The position numbers and the translations under genes are program-made. From Verrucomicrobiota bacterium (lineage in GTDB: Bacteria; Verrucomicrobiota; Verrucomicrobiia; Limisphaerales; UBA11320): a stretch of 64,000 nucleotides of DNA. Positions within the stretch are counted from its first letter, which is position 1; the number at the start of each line of letters is the position of its first letter. Positions 29,621-39,460 of this stretch are shown in pieces. Under the pieces are notes generated by a model. The model worked only from the letters and a program-made list of their open reading frames with translations, searched no databases and was not told the origin of the DNA. The DNA lies in NCBI GenBank assembly GCA_016199985.1, contig JACQFQ010000048.1, forward strand, positions 3,965 to 67,964, read 5' to 3'.

Positions 29621-31150
29621 TCAGGCCGCTTTGCCGGGGTGAATCACGCGGCCTAGGAAGGCCCTGAGCTCCTGGAGCGGCCGCGCGAGACGATTGGTCA
29701 GCGAGACCGATTGCTGGGCGTCGCCCAGCGCGCAGATCACGCCGTAGGTGCCCGACGCGTCCCGCAGCGAAAGCAGGAGCAACGATCGTTTCGAGATGTG
29801 CGGCAGCAACCACTCGGGGATGTAACGTCGGATGCTCGGTTCCTCCGGATTCTGAATCAGCACATCCTCGCCCCGCGCCAGACAGATCGTGAAGGCGTTC
29901 CGGGTGTCGAGGGTGAGAAGAGGCTGCGAGCGAATGGAGTCGAAGAGCGGTCCCTGTCCCACGCGCGCCGACCACATCGGCAGGAAGTCATCTCGAAGGA
30001 ACACAACGCTCTGCTCGAGCCGCAGCTCGTGATGCAACATGGGGAGCAACTCCATGAGCAGATCGGGCAACGCCTGCGCGCCCAGGGTGCGACCGCTGAG
30101 TCGATGGAGAAGCCCCTCCAGGCCTTCCTCCCCGGCACTCCCGCGGGCCGCGGCAGCCGTGTCGGCGGCTGGGGATCGCGCCGTCAAGTCCACGCTGGGG
30201 CGCTCTCCGGCGAGCGTCTGGATGAGCGGACTCGAGAAGCCGCGGATCCCTTGCGCCTGTCCCGACGAGGACAACCGCTGGCGCACGCGCTCGAACAGCC
30301 GCTCGAAGGCTTCCTTGTCCCATGCGAAGTGATTCCCGTAGTTCTTGGCGAAGCGCTCCGCCTGTTCCGCAATGGAGCCGTCCTCGGGCTTGGCATGGCT
30401 GAGCTGCTCGCAAAACCGGCTCGCGAAGTCGAGCGTCATCATCACGCGGTCCGCGGCGGAGGGGCGCTTCGATTGGATCGCCTCGACGGGCATGGGCCGG
30501 AGTGTGCTCAGCAGAGGTTTGGGAAGCTGGAGACGGGAGAGGATCTCGCGAGCGACCTCCAGGGAGGTCAGCCCGAATGCCGCCCGATATCGCGCGTCCC
30601 GCGCGCCAGTCAAGGTGGGATCGTTCGCCCGCTTGTGCAGCTCGGGAAGATAGTGAGCGAGGATCAGGTCGCCGTAGGATCTCAGCGCGGCGCAGACAAA
30701 AGTTTGCTCGGGTTCGCCGCCCTTCGCCTCCTCGGTGAGCGCCGCGGCGACCGTCGCGCTGGCCAGGGCATGTCCCGCGACGTTTCGGCAGGCCGTGCCC
30801 GCCTCTCCGCGTTCCGCGCTCTCCAGAAGGAGGATTGCGAGGGCGATGTTTCTGATCTTCTCGAAGCCGATGGTTTGCACGGCCTGCTGGACGGTGGTGA
30901 CCTCGGCGCCGGCGGGGTTGTATCCGATCGTGTTCGCGACCCCCAACACCCGGGTCATGGTGGACAGGTCGGAGCCGATCACTTCGGCGAGCTCCTTGAC
31001 CGAGATCGATTCGGCCTTCGACGTGATCTCCTGGATCAGGCGAACGATTTGGGTGAACGCCGCCGACGGGCGCGTCTCCATCGCCTCCATCAACGAGGCG
31101 ATCGTTCGGGAGGCGGGCGTTGTGCTTGATTCGGGCGGAGTCTCGCTCAT
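29621..31150 (-). CDS. HDOD domain + GAF domain signalling protein
   Basis: SDLSTMTRVLGVANTIGYNPAGAEVTTVQQAVQTIGFEKIRNIALAILLL matches the HDOD core. The C-terminal 170 aa (SVVFLRDD...ICLARGE...LLLLSLRDASGTYGVICA) look GAF-like. Confidence 0.8.
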   Translation of the reverse strand: MSETPPESSTTPASRTIASLMEAMETRPSAAFTQIVRLIQEITSKAESISVKELAEVIGSDLSTMTRVLGVANTIGYNPAGAEVTTVQQAVQTIGFEKIRNIALAILLLESAERGEAGTACRNVAGHALASATVAAALTEEAKGGEPEQTFVCAALRSYGDLILAHYLPELHKRANDPTLTGARDARYRAAFGLTSLEVAREILSRLQLPKPLLSTLRPMPVEAIQSKRPSAADRVMMTLDFASRFCEQLSHAKPEDGSIAEQAERFAKNYGNHFAWDKEAFERLFERVRQRLSSSGQAQGIRGFSSPLIQTLAGERPSVDLTARSPAADTAAAARGSAGEEGLEGLLHRLSGRTLGAQALPDLLMELLPMLHHELRLEQSVVFLRDDFLPMWSARVGQGPLFDSIRSQPLLTLDTRNAFTICLARGEDVLIQNPEEPSIRRYIPEWLLPHISKRSLLLLSLRDASGTYGVICALGDAQQSVSLTNRLARPLQELRAFLGRVIHPGKAA

Positions 31151-31312
31151 CGCATGATCCTGCTGAAAGCATCGGCAGATTGTGGAATCTGATAACCACA
31201 GACTCCAGGGCTCATGTCGTTCGATTATCTCTCATGTGCTTCCGGGATACCTTTCCCCAAGACGGCGGCGGGTGGGAGGGATCGCTTCAGGTTCAGGTGA
31301 GGGCCATCTCTC

Positions 31313-33517
31313 TCACACTGTCGCCTCCCGGGACGGGTCAAAACCTTGGGCTAAAGGGTGCGCGCCTTCGATGGCCTCGACGATCCGGACGAGGGTCGAG
31401 ACGCTTTGCTCCTGGAAGGGCATGAGCCTCTGCAGGAGGCTCCCCGCCCCATTGAAGTGTGTTTCAGCGGCGGAGCCGCCGGGTTTGAAGTCGGAGGCGT
31501 AGTCGGCGAGGCTGAGCTCGTCCCGCGCGTGGTCGAAGGGATAGCGGACTCCGCGCAATCCTTCGATGACCGCGTCCCGATGCTCCCCCAGCCTTGCGAG
31601 CAGCGACTCCAGCAGCGCCGCCACCTCGCCCGGCGATGAATGATTCCCCTGATTCTGGATGAGCACGAGCACGGCGTCCCAGCTCTCGTGGATGGAGAGG
31701 ACGCGCGACCAGACCGCGTCGAGGGCTTCGAGCGCGTCGCAGAGCGGGAGGGCTTCCTGTCGCAGCGCCGCCAAACCCGGCTCCGCGGAACCGGCCGCAA
31801 GCAGCAGCGCGGAGGCAATCCGGGATCTCATGGCCTGGAGGGCCGGCGCCAGGTTCTCAGCCAAGCGGTCCAGGCTCTCGTGATGGCCCTTCTGCGCGAG
31901 GATCGCGGCCGCCTCCAGATCCGGCGAGGCAAGCACATTGTCGCTCGAGATGTTGAACTCCTTTGCTTCAAACGTGAATCGGCCGCGCGCCAGCCACTCG
32001 GCGGCGGCCGCGCTGCGGATTGCGGCGTGCGCGGTGGACACGGCCTCGCCGAGGCGATGCGCGTCCGGGAGCAGCGCGTCGCAGCGCCGTCGGGCGTCGC
32101 GCCATCGCCCCAACGCGTTCGGGATGTTCCCGGGATCCCGGATCTCCTGCGCCGACACCTGGAGCGAGATCTGAAGGACGGGGATCGAGCCAAACCACCG
32201 CCGCGAGCTCTCCTGCGCGCGCTGCTGACGCGCGAGCTCGGCATCCACCTGCTCGGGCGGCACGAGCCGAGCCCCGTCGAGGGGCAGTTCGCATTCGTGC
32301 GCGTAGAAATGGCGCGTCACGTTGCGGCTGAGGTCGTCGAATCCGCGGAACAGTTCGCTCGCGGGACCTTCGAGACGAAACACGCCGGGCTCGGAGAGCG
32401 CCGCCGCCGCGCGGATCCGGTCGGCGTCGCAGGGATGGGTGTCGAAGGTCTTGGTCTTCGCTTCCGCCATCTCCTTGTCCATCCGCTCGCGCAGCTCGGC
32501 GTCGAGCGCGCCGGCCCTGATGCGCGCAAGAGCCGGCAGGTTCTCAGGCAGCCGCTTTTGGTTCCAGGCGGACTGGGCGTCCTGGATCGCCTTCTGTCTT
32601 CCCGCGGCGAGCTCGCGCAATCGGCGCGCGGTGTGGCTGAAGGCCTCGCTGCCGGCCACTTTCGCCTCGTAGCTGTCGGCGTCGAATTCCATCTGGCGGA
32701 GCATGAAACAGCTCAGCGCGTTCCCGACCATCATCAGCGCCCAGAGGATTCGACGCGATGACCAAACGGCGGCGCGCGCCATGTTCAGCACGATCATGAT
32801 CCGGAAGTCGGAGTTCTTCGCGGCGAAATCCAATCGCGCATCCCAGGCGTCGCGCTCATAGACCACCCGCATGAACCAGAAGCTCACGGCGCGGATGAGA
32901 TAGGTGAACCGCATTCCCGCGCCCTGGGCGAAGTGGCCGAACTCGTGAGCGAGCACCCCCGCGAACTGGCGCATGCTGAATCCCGCCACCAAAGGCATCC
33001 CGATGGTCAGGACGATGTCGTTGCCGAGGAGGCTGAGCGCGCCGCGGCGAAAGCTTGCGCTCGCGTTCACCTGGCAATCCAGATCCACGCGAGTTGGCTT
33101 CGGGGCGCGGACCAGCGCGCAAATGCGGCCGATGAACTCGAAAAGCTCCGGCTCCTGGTCGGGTGTCAGAGTGAAAGGCGTGGCGCGTTTCTGTCGGGGC
33201 GCGAAAAAGGGTTTCACCATGAAGAGGATCAGGATGGCGCCCGCGAAGATCGGGCCCAGATAAATCGCGAGGCGAAGCAAGGCTCCGCCGCGCCCGTGCA
33301 GCACTCCGAAGTTTTCCGTCGCATGCCAATAGACGCCGTAGCCCGCGCGGAGGATGAGCCCGGCGTAGATCGCGGGGAGGAGCAGCATAGCGGTCGCGAC
33401 GCAAAGCATTCCGAGCTGGTACGCCTTGCTGACCGCCGCCGGCTGAATGTCTCCTGTGAACGCGTCCAACGGGGAACGGCCGATTTCCGTCGCCTCGCCT
33501 GACTCCCTTAAGTTCAT
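31313..33517 (-). CDS. Membrane M48-family zinc metalloprotease with a long helical C-terminal domain
   Basis: Several N-terminal TM helices, with FAGVLAHEFGHF (HExxH) in the M48 context. ATG at 33517 preferred over 33613. Confidence 0.85.
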   Translation of the reverse strand: MNLRESGEATEIGRSPLDAFTGDIQPAAVSKAYQLGMLCVATAMLLLPAIYAGLILRAGYGVYWHATENFGVLHGRGGALLRLAIYLGPIFAGAILILFMVKPFFAPRQKRATPFTLTPDQEPELFEFIGRICALVRAPKPTRVDLDCQVNASASFRRGALSLLGNDIVLTIGMPLVAGFSMRQFAGVLAHEFGHFAQGAGMRFTYLIRAVSFWFMRVVYERDAWDARLDFAAKNSDFRIMIVLNMARAAVWSSRRILWALMMVGNALSCFMLRQMEFDADSYEAKVAGSEAFSHTARRLRELAAGRQKAIQDAQSAWNQKRLPENLPALARIRAGALDAELRERMDKEMAEAKTKTFDTHPCDADRIRAAAALSEPGVFRLEGPASELFRGFDDLSRNVTRHFYAHECELPLDGARLVPPEQVDAELARQQRAQESSRRWFGSIPVLQISLQVSAQEIRDPGNIPNALGRWRDARRRCDALLPDAHRLGEAVSTAHAAIRSAAAAEWLARGRFTFEAKEFNISSDNVLASPDLEAAAILAQKGHHESLDRLAENLAPALQAMRSRIASALLLAAGSAEPGLAALRQEALPLCDALEALDAVWSRVLSIHESWDAVLVLIQNQGNHSSPGEVAALLESLLARLGEHRDAVIEGLRGVRYPFDHARDELSLADYASDFKPGGSAAETHFNGAGSLLQRLMPFQEQSVSTLVRIVEAIEGAHPLAQGFDPSREATV

Positions 33518-33742
33518 GCCGATTATTGAGAGCGAAAGCGGCCTGAGTGGCAATTGCGAAACCTCGCGGAAGAGGCGAAAGCTGGCGGCGAACGGCCCAG
33601 GGTCCCGCTCCACTGCTGAGGGGAGCGCATCAATCGAACGGGGCGTCTTTACCGGGGCTTTGCCTCTCGGGGTTCTTCCTGTGCGTTCTGCTATTACCGG
33701 TTTGTCTCACGTCGTCAGCGCTTCCTTCCTGCGTGGCGGGGT

Positions 33743-33778
33743 TTCGCGTGGTTCGCGTGGTTCGCGTGGTTCGCGTGG
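33743..33778. repeat. Perfect tandem repeat, 4 x 9 bp (TTCGCGTGG)
   Basis: Read directly: ttcgcgtgg ttcgcgtgg ttcgcgtgg ttcgcgtgg, preceded by a degenerate copy (gcgtggcgg). It is intergenic, about 70 bp downstream of the asd stop and about 225 bp upstream of the M48 start. Confidence 0.95.
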
Positions 33779-33848
33779 TTTCAAGGGCGGTCCCTCTCCG
33801 GTTCGTCGGGGATCGGCTTGGCGGGGAGAACAATCGCGCAGTCCGCCT

Positions 33849-34850
33849 CTACACGAGCAACTCGGCGATTTGCACCGCGTTCAGCGCGGCGCCTTTCAAG
33901 AGTTGATCTCCGACGACCCAGAAGCTGAGCCCGTTGTCCATGGCGCAGTCCTTGCGGATGCGTCCGACTTCGCAGTTGTACTTCTCCGCGACGTGGAGGG
34001 GCAGGGGATAGCGGTTCTTCGAGGGCTCATCGACGACATCGAGCCCCGGCGACTTGCGGAGGACCTGGAGCGCCGACGCGACGTCGACGGGCTTCTCAAA
34101 CTCGGCGGCCACCGCGACCGAATGCGCCCGGTACACCGGAACCCGAACGCAGGTGATGCTCGCCCGGAACGACGGATGATGCATGATCCTCCGCCCTTCG
34201 TTCTCCAGCTTCATCTCTTCCTTGGTGTAACCGGTGTCGAGGAAGGAATCGACGTGGGGCAGAACGTTGAACGCGATTTGATGCGGGTAGACCTCCCGGG
34301 TGACTGTTTCGCCGCGGACCACCTGGGCGACCTGGTTCTCAAGCTCCTCAATCGCCTTGGCGCCCGTTCCGGAGACGGCCTGGTAGCTCGACGCGAAAAT
34401 GCGGGTGACTCCGAACGCTCGATGCAGCGGGTAGAGAGCCATGAGGGTGATGGCCGTGGTGCAATTGGGGTTCGCGATGATGCCCTTGTGGCTCTTCGCG
34501 TCCGAGCCGTTGATCTCGGGGATGACGAGCGGGACATTGGGATCCATGCGAAACGCGCTCGAGTTGTCGATCACCACGCATCCGGCTTTCGCCGCGATCG
34601 GCGCGAACTGCCTCGAAATATCACCGCCCGCGCTGAACAGAGCGATGTCGAAGCCCCGGAAGCTGTCCGCAGTGAGCTCCTTGACCGTGTGTTCCTTGCC
34701 CTGGAACTTCATCTTCTTGCCGGCCGACCGCGCGGAGGCGAGCAAAGCAAGCTGGCCGACGGGGAACTGGCGCTTCTCGAGCGTCAGGAGCATTTCAACG
34801 CCCACGGCGCCCGTGGCGCCGACAACTGCAACGTGCGGAGGTCGATTCAT
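33849..34850 (-). CDS. asd: Aspartate-semialdehyde dehydrogenase
   Basis: [11 protein letters not shown] (NAD(P) loop), [15 protein letters not shown] (active-site Cys) and the C-terminal [19 protein letters not shown] are typical Asd. ATG at 34850. Confidence 0.95.
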   Translation of the reverse strand: MNRPPHVAVVGATGAVGVEMLLTLEKRQFPVGQLALLASARSAGKKMKFQGKEHTVKELTADSFRGFDIALFSAGGDISRQFAPIAAKAGCVVIDNSSAFRMDPNVPLVIPEINGSDAKSHKGIIANPNCTTAITLMALYPLHRAFGVTRIFASSYQAVSGTGAKAIEELENQVAQVVRGETVTREVYPHQIAFNVLPHVDSFLDTGYTKEEMKLENEGRRIMHHPSFRASITCVRVPVYRAHSVAVAAEFEKPVDVASALQVLRKSPGLDVVDEPSKNRYPLPLHVAEKYNCEVGRIRKDCAMDNGLSFWVVGDQLLKGAALNAVQIAELLV

Positions 34851-34983
34851 AAAGGCCGGACATAATAGTTGGGTTCGGTCACGTGTCAAACCGTTGAAAT
34901 CCTCCTTGCCATCCCGCCAGGACCCGGCAACTTTGCGCCCTGGCTTACGGATCGAACAAATCACGACCGCACTCAATTTATTT

Positions 34984-35610
34984 ATGGCTCACGAACTCCC
35001 CCCGCTTCCTTACGCGAAGGACGCTTTGGAACCCCACATCGACACGGCCACCATGGAGATCCACCATGGGAAGCATCACAACGCCTATGTCACGAACCTG
35101 AACAAGGCCATCGCCGGCAATGCCGCGCTGGAGGCGAAAAGCCTGGAGGCTTTGATCGCTGATCTCGGCTCGGTGCCCGACAACATTCGCGGACCGGTCC
35201 GCAACAACGGCGGCGGACACTGGAATCACGCGTTTTTCTGGAAGCTCATGGGCCCCGGCGGCGGCGGCGCTCCGACCGGGAAGCTCGCGGAAGCGATCCA
35301 GGCTTCCTTCGGCAGCTTCGACTCGTTCAAGGAGAAGTTCGAGGCGGCGGGCGTCGGGCGTTTCGGCAGCGGATGGGTTTGGCTCCTGCTGAACGGCGAA
35401 AAGCTCGAGATCGCTTCCACCCCGAACCAGGACAATCCGCTCATGGGCAAGGCGATTGCGCTCTGCGAAGGCAAGCCGATCCTGGGATGCGACGTCTGGG
35501 AGCACGCCTACTACCTGAAATATCAGAACCGTCGGCCCGACTACTTGAAAGCCTGGTGGAACGCGGTCAATTGGGCCGCTGTGGGCAAGGCGTTCGAAGC
35601 CGCCAGGTAA
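34984..35610 (+). CDS. sodA: Superoxide dismutase, Fe/Mn family (Mn-type signature residues)
   Basis: [47 protein letters not shown] and [18 protein letters not shown]. The GGH and NQD motifs favour the Mn type. ATG at 34984. Confidence 0.93.
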   Translation: MAHELPPLPYAKDALEPHIDTATMEIHHGKHHNAYVTNLNKAIAGNAALEAKSLEALIADLGSVPDNIRGPVRNNGGGHWNHAFFWKLMGPGGGGAPTGKLAEAIQASFGSFDSFKEKFEAAGVGRFGSGWVWLLLNGEKLEIASTPNQDNPLMGKAIALCEGKPILGCDVWEHAYYLKYQNRRPDYLKAWWNAVNWAAVGKAFEAAR

Positions 35611-35635
35611 AGCAGTCCGCTTTCTATCGACTAGC

Positions 35636-35676
35636 AAGAGGCCTCGGGGCGAACCCCGGGGCCTCTTTTGTTCTTG
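35636..35676 (+). terminator. Rho-independent terminator after sodA
   Basis: Stem aagaggcctcgggg (35636-35649), loop cgaa, stem ccccggggcctctt (35654-35667) with one mismatch, followed by ttgttctt. Confidence 0.75.
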
Positions 35677-35814
35677 GGGGGGGCTTCGGAGGCGGCTGAT
35701 CTCCCGCTTTCAGGGGGGTCTTCAGGATCCCTCTTTCGCCCTCGGATCTTGATTGCCAGCGGGGTTGCGAACGGGAATGATCCGCCGCTTCGCGCGAACC
35801 AAAGCGAGTCATCC

Positions 35815-35946
35815 ATGCCGAAGAAGCGAAAGAAAAACATCGCCTTGCCTCGTCGGAAATGGCAGATCAACCCGTCTACGCGGGTCAAGGCTTCGGCCAA
35901 ACTTTATTCTCGCGCGAAGCGGACACAGTCGAACGATGAAGAGTAA
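35815..35946 (+). CDS. Candidate small basic protein (43 aa) overlapping the hisG start
   Basis: The ATG at 35815 gives [43 protein letters not shown]. The stop TAA at 35944-35946 overlaps the hisG ATG (35936) by 11 nt. No family recognised. The call rests only on the open frame, strong basic composition and coupled geometry. Confidence 0.3.
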   Translation: MPKKRKKNIALPRRKWQINPSTRVKASAKLYSRAKRTQSNDEE

Positions 35947-36817
35947 TTCCAAACTACGGTTTGGACTGCCCAAGGGCAGTTTGCAGGACGCCACTATCGA
36001 AAAGATGGCGAAAGCGGGCTTTAATATTCAGGTCTCCAGCCGCTCCTACATCCCCTACGTCGACGACGACGAACTCGAGGTGCGCCTCATCCGCGCCCAG
36101 GAAATCAGCCGTTATGTCGAGCTCGGATACCTGGATTGCGGCATCACAGGCCACGACTGGATCATGGAGAACAGCTCCTCGGTTCACGAGGTCGGCGAGT
36201 TCCTCTTCAGCAAGGCGACCCGACAACCGGCGCGCTGGGTTCTGGCCGTTCCCGAGGAATCCAAGATCCGGTCGGTGAAGGATCTCCAGGGCAAACGGAT
36301 CGCCACCGAAGTGGTGCATTTGACGCGGCAGTATCTGAAGAAGAACAGGGTGAAGGCGGACGTCGAGTTCTCCTGGGGCGCCACCGAGGTGAAGGCCCAT
36401 GAGCTCGTCGACGCGATCGTCGAAATCACCGAGACCGGCTCCTCCCTGCGGGCGAACAACCTGCGCATTGTGGACACGCTGCTGGTCTCGACGCCGCGGT
36501 TGATCGCGAACAAGAAGGCCTGGAAGGACTCTTGGAAGCGCGAAAAGCTGGAGACGCTGGCCTTGCTGCTGAGAGGCGCGCTGGAGGCCGAGGCCAAGGT
36601 GGGCCTGAAGATGAACATCGCCGAAAAGAATTTGCGGAAGCTGCTGGATGAATTGCCCGCGTTGAGGAATCCGACCATCTCGAACCTCAGCCTCAAAGGC
36701 TGGGTGGCGGTGGAGACGATCATCGACGAGCACATCGTCCGAGAGTTGATCCCCCAGCTGAAGGCGGCGGGGGCGGAAGGAATCATTGAATATCCGCTGA
36801 ACAAAGTGGTTTACTGA
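35936..36817 (+). CDS. hisG: ATP phosphoribosyltransferase (long form)
   Basis: [23 protein letters not shown]..., [25 protein letters not shown] and [11 protein letters not shown] are typical HisG. ATG at 35936. Confidence 0.92.
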   Translation: MKSNSKLRFGLPKGSLQDATIEKMAKAGFNIQVSSRSYIPYVDDDELEVRLIRAQEISRYVELGYLDCGITGHDWIMENSSSVHEVGEFLFSKATRQPARWVLAVPEESKIRSVKDLQGKRIATEVVHLTRQYLKKNRVKADVEFSWGATEVKAHELVDAIVEITETGSSLRANNLRIVDTLLVSTPRLIANKKAWKDSWKREKLETLALLLRGALEAEAKVGLKMNIAEKNLRKLLDELPALRNPTISNLSLKGWVAVETIIDEHIVRELIPQLKAAGAEGIIEYPLNKVVY

Positions 36818-36832
36818 GCAAGCACATTACCT

Positions 36833-36934
36833 ATGGGTTCACTGAAGAAACGCCGGAAAGCGAAGATCAATAAGCACAAACGCCGAAAGAAGCTTCGGGC
36901 GAATCGCCATAAGAAGCGCACCTGGCAGAAGTAA
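36833..36934 (+). CDS. Small ribosomal-subunit protein bS22-like (AURKAIP1/COX24-type, 33 aa)
   Basis: ATG at 36833 to TAA at 36932-36934 gives [33 protein letters not shown]. This closely resembles the MGS(V/I)(I)KKRRKRM.KKKHRKLL..TR.QRR pattern of bacterial bS22 proteins. It is shorter than any ORF in the supplied track (shortest listed is 60 aa). Confidence 0.6.
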   Translation: MGSLKKRRKAKINKHKRRKKLRANRHKKRTWQK

Positions 36935-37008
36935 ATCGGCCCGCCATCCCGGGCTGCCGCTTGGCTCATCCAGTTCTCCAACGGGAGCTGGAGGCCGCGC
37001 AACACCTC

Positions 37009-38760
37009 ATGCAGACCGCGCCATCCACTCGCTCGGGGCGCCTGTTCGTGGCCGCCGCGGCGCTCATCGCCGCGATCTGGCTTGCGGGCTGCGCCCATCC
37101 GGGTCATGTAGCGCCATCGCCTGTCGCGTCGGCCTCTGAGCGCAAGCCCCGGTCGCGCCCTCCCCGTCGTGTGGAGAAGGAGGAGGCCCTCGCCCAAGCC
37201 CTGACCGCGTACGAAGAGGCGAGAGCCGAAGCGTACGCCCGGTTTGCGGCCGGATTGGTCCACGACATCCACGACGAGGAAAAGCAGGCGCTCGAGAATT
37301 TCGAGAAATCCGTCGAAGCCGACCCTTCGCAGGAAGGCCTTGCCCTGGATGTGGCCCGCCGTCATCTCGCCCAGAAGGAGCCTGAGCGGGCGATCGCCTT
37401 CCTCCGGGAGGCCATGAAACGGAGCCGTTCTGGAATCCTCCCGGCGTTCATGGCGTCCATTCACGTCTCTCTGGGCCAGACCAACGAGGCGATCGTCGCC
37501 AACCAGGAGGCCATCAAGCGCTCTCCCACCCTCCTCATCGGTTACCACAATCTCGCCAACCTCTATTCTCAGAAGGGGCAGGCCGACGAGGCGATGAAGG
37601 TTCTGGAGCAGGCGTCGCAGATCTCGAACCCGAGCCCTCAGTATCTCGTGGAACTCGCGGAGCTTTGGCTGGGATTCCCTCAATCCAAGCCCGAGAGGAC
37701 CGCGTTGACGCGGAAGCGAGCCGGGGAACTGCTCGATCGCATCCTGAAGTTGAAAAACCTTCCCACGCCGCTCCTTCAGAGGGCCGCGGACGGCTACATG
37801 CTTCTGGGACAAAACGCGAAGGCGATCGATCTCTACCTCAAGCTGGTCGAGCAATATCCTCAGGTGACCCCGATTCGCGAGCGGCTCGCCGATTTGTTCC
37901 TGCAATCCCGGGATAGCAAGCGGGCCATCGAGCAGATGGAGCTGCTGGTGAAGGAGGAGCCCAGCCGGTATCCGCAGGCTTATGTGATCCTGGGGAGCCT
38001 CGCGCTTCAGGACGGCAAGTACAAGGATGCCGAGGACTATTTGAGGAAGGCCGTTGTGCTGGCGCCGAAATACGAATCCGCCCACTACGACCTGGCCATC
38101 GCCCAAGTGAACGGGGGCCGTGTGCGGCAAGGGTTGGACACCTTGGAGGACGCGCGGGCTCGATTCGGCGAGACCTTCCAAACCGAGTTTTTCGCGGGAA
38201 TCGCCTATGCGCGACTCAAGGAGTATTCCAATGCGGTCGCCCGCCTCACCACGGCCGAAATCATCGCGCGGGCCAAGGAAACGAATCGCCTGACGCACTT
38301 GTTCTATTTTCAGCTCGGCTCCTCCCTGGAGCGGAACAAGAACCTCGAGGAGGCCGAGAAGGCCTTTCGGAAAGTTCTTGAGATGAAGCCGGATTTTTCG
38401 GAGGCCATGAACTACCTCGGATACATGTGGGTGGAGAACGGGATGAAGCTTCAGGAGGCGCGCGGCTTGATCGAGAAGGCCGTGAAGATCGAGCCCAAGA
38501 ATGGAGCGTTCCTGGACAGCATGGCCTGGGTGATGTTCAAGCTGGGCAAGCCAAAGGAGGCTCTCGTGTGGATGAAGAAGGCCATGGAGTACTCCACCGA
38601 TCCCGATCCGACGCTGTGGGATCACCTCGGAGACATCCAGAGCGCCGCGGGCGACGCCGCCCAAGCGGCTGTGTCATGGAAGAAAGCTTTGGGCCTGGAG
38701 CCCAATCCGGAGATTCAGAAAAAGCTCGATGGGACCGCCCCCAAGAAAGGCGGGCCTTAG
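37009..38760 (+). CDS. TPR-repeat lipoprotein
   Basis: AALIAAIWLAGCAH is a lipobox (LAGC). The rest is consecutive TPR-like repeats (A...Y..A......P....A...LG..Y...G....A). ATG at 37009 preferred over TTG at 36961. Confidence 0.8.
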   Translation: MQTAPSTRSGRLFVAAAALIAAIWLAGCAHPGHVAPSPVASASERKPRSRPPRRVEKEEALAQALTAYEEARAEAYARFAAGLVHDIHDEEKQALENFEKSVEADPSQEGLALDVARRHLAQKEPERAIAFLREAMKRSRSGILPAFMASIHVSLGQTNEAIVANQEAIKRSPTLLIGYHNLANLYSQKGQADEAMKVLEQASQISNPSPQYLVELAELWLGFPQSKPERTALTRKRAGELLDRILKLKNLPTPLLQRAADGYMLLGQNAKAIDLYLKLVEQYPQVTPIRERLADLFLQSRDSKRAIEQMELLVKEEPSRYPQAYVILGSLALQDGKYKDAEDYLRKAVVLAPKYESAHYDLAIAQVNGGRVRQGLDTLEDARARFGETFQTEFFAGIAYARLKEYSNAVARLTTAEIIARAKETNRLTHLFYFQLGSSLERNKNLEEAEKAFRKVLEMKPDFSEAMNYLGYMWVENGMKLQEARGLIEKAVKIEPKNGAFLDSMAWVMFKLGKPKEALVWMKKAMEYSTDPDPTLWDHLGDIQSAAGDAAQAAVSWKKALGLEPNPEIQKKLDGTAPKKGGP

Positions 38761-38787
38761 ACGTCACCCTGGACATCGTCGACCGCA

Positions 38788-39192
38788 TTGAACTCGCCCT
38801 CGCTGAATCATCGTTTTCGACGCCACTACACGCGCGAAGAGGCGCGCCAGATGATCCCCAGCGTGACCGGTTGGCTCGACTCGCTATTGAGATCCCGCGC
38901 GGATCTCGAGAAAGCGGGCGTTCCGATGGAAGGGCTTTTGCGGGATGGGTGTTCCGTGGGCGGGAATCTCGCCCGGCGTTACCTCGGGGCGTTCCTGGAA
39001 CTGCAGGCCGTGCTGCGTGAATTCTCCACGCGGGAGATCTTCGTGAAGGACATCGAGCGCGGATTGATCGACTTTCCCGCTTTCGTCGCGGGCAGGGAGG
39101 TTTTCCTGTGCTGGGAGAAAGGCGAGCTCGACGTGGTTTACTGGCATGACCTCGACGCCGGCTACTCGGGCCGCACGCCCTTGGATCTCTAG
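38788..39192 (+). CDS. DUF2203-like protein
   Basis: HYTREEARQMIP...L...R........G and the C-terminal GLIDFPAFVAGREVFLCWEKGELDVVYWHDLDAGYSGR match what I remember of DUF2203. Non-ATG start (TTG at 38788), so the start is uncertain. Confidence 0.6.
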   Translation: MNSPSLNHRFRRHYTREEARQMIPSVTGWLDSLLRSRADLEKAGVPMEGLLRDGCSVGGNLARRYLGAFLELQAVLREFSTREIFVKDIERGLIDFPAFVAGREVFLCWEKGELDVVYWHDLDAGYSGRTPLDL

Positions 39193-39460
39193 GCTGCGCC
39201 CGATCGCGAAGCTTCCTTGAGTTTGGCGGCCCTTCCTCGCTTTCCCGCGCCGGCGGAGGCTCCGAGCTTGGAAACCGCCTGCAACCGCCAGGTGGGGCGG
39301 CTTCCGTTGGCACGCATACATGGCTTGAAATCCCGGGGAGCGCTCCCTAGTGTCCGGCGCATTCACCGCCGCTCCCGAGGGAATCAGGCCGCAGTGTTGC
39401 GCTTGAATAACTCGAAAGGGACAGGGCGTCGAATGCGCAGCGCAAATCGAAATCAAACAC

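Noticed and set aside
33743-33778. Considered whether the 9-bp tandem repeat is a CRISPR array or a coding repeat
   Set aside because: The units are contiguous with no spacers and far shorter than CRISPR repeats. No cas genes are present, and the repeat is intergenic.
34441-34983. Upstream extensions of sodA (34441-34983) and hisG (35753-35935) in the ORF track
   Set aside because: The sodA extension is antisense to asd. The canonical family N-termini start at the internal ATGs 34984 and 35936.
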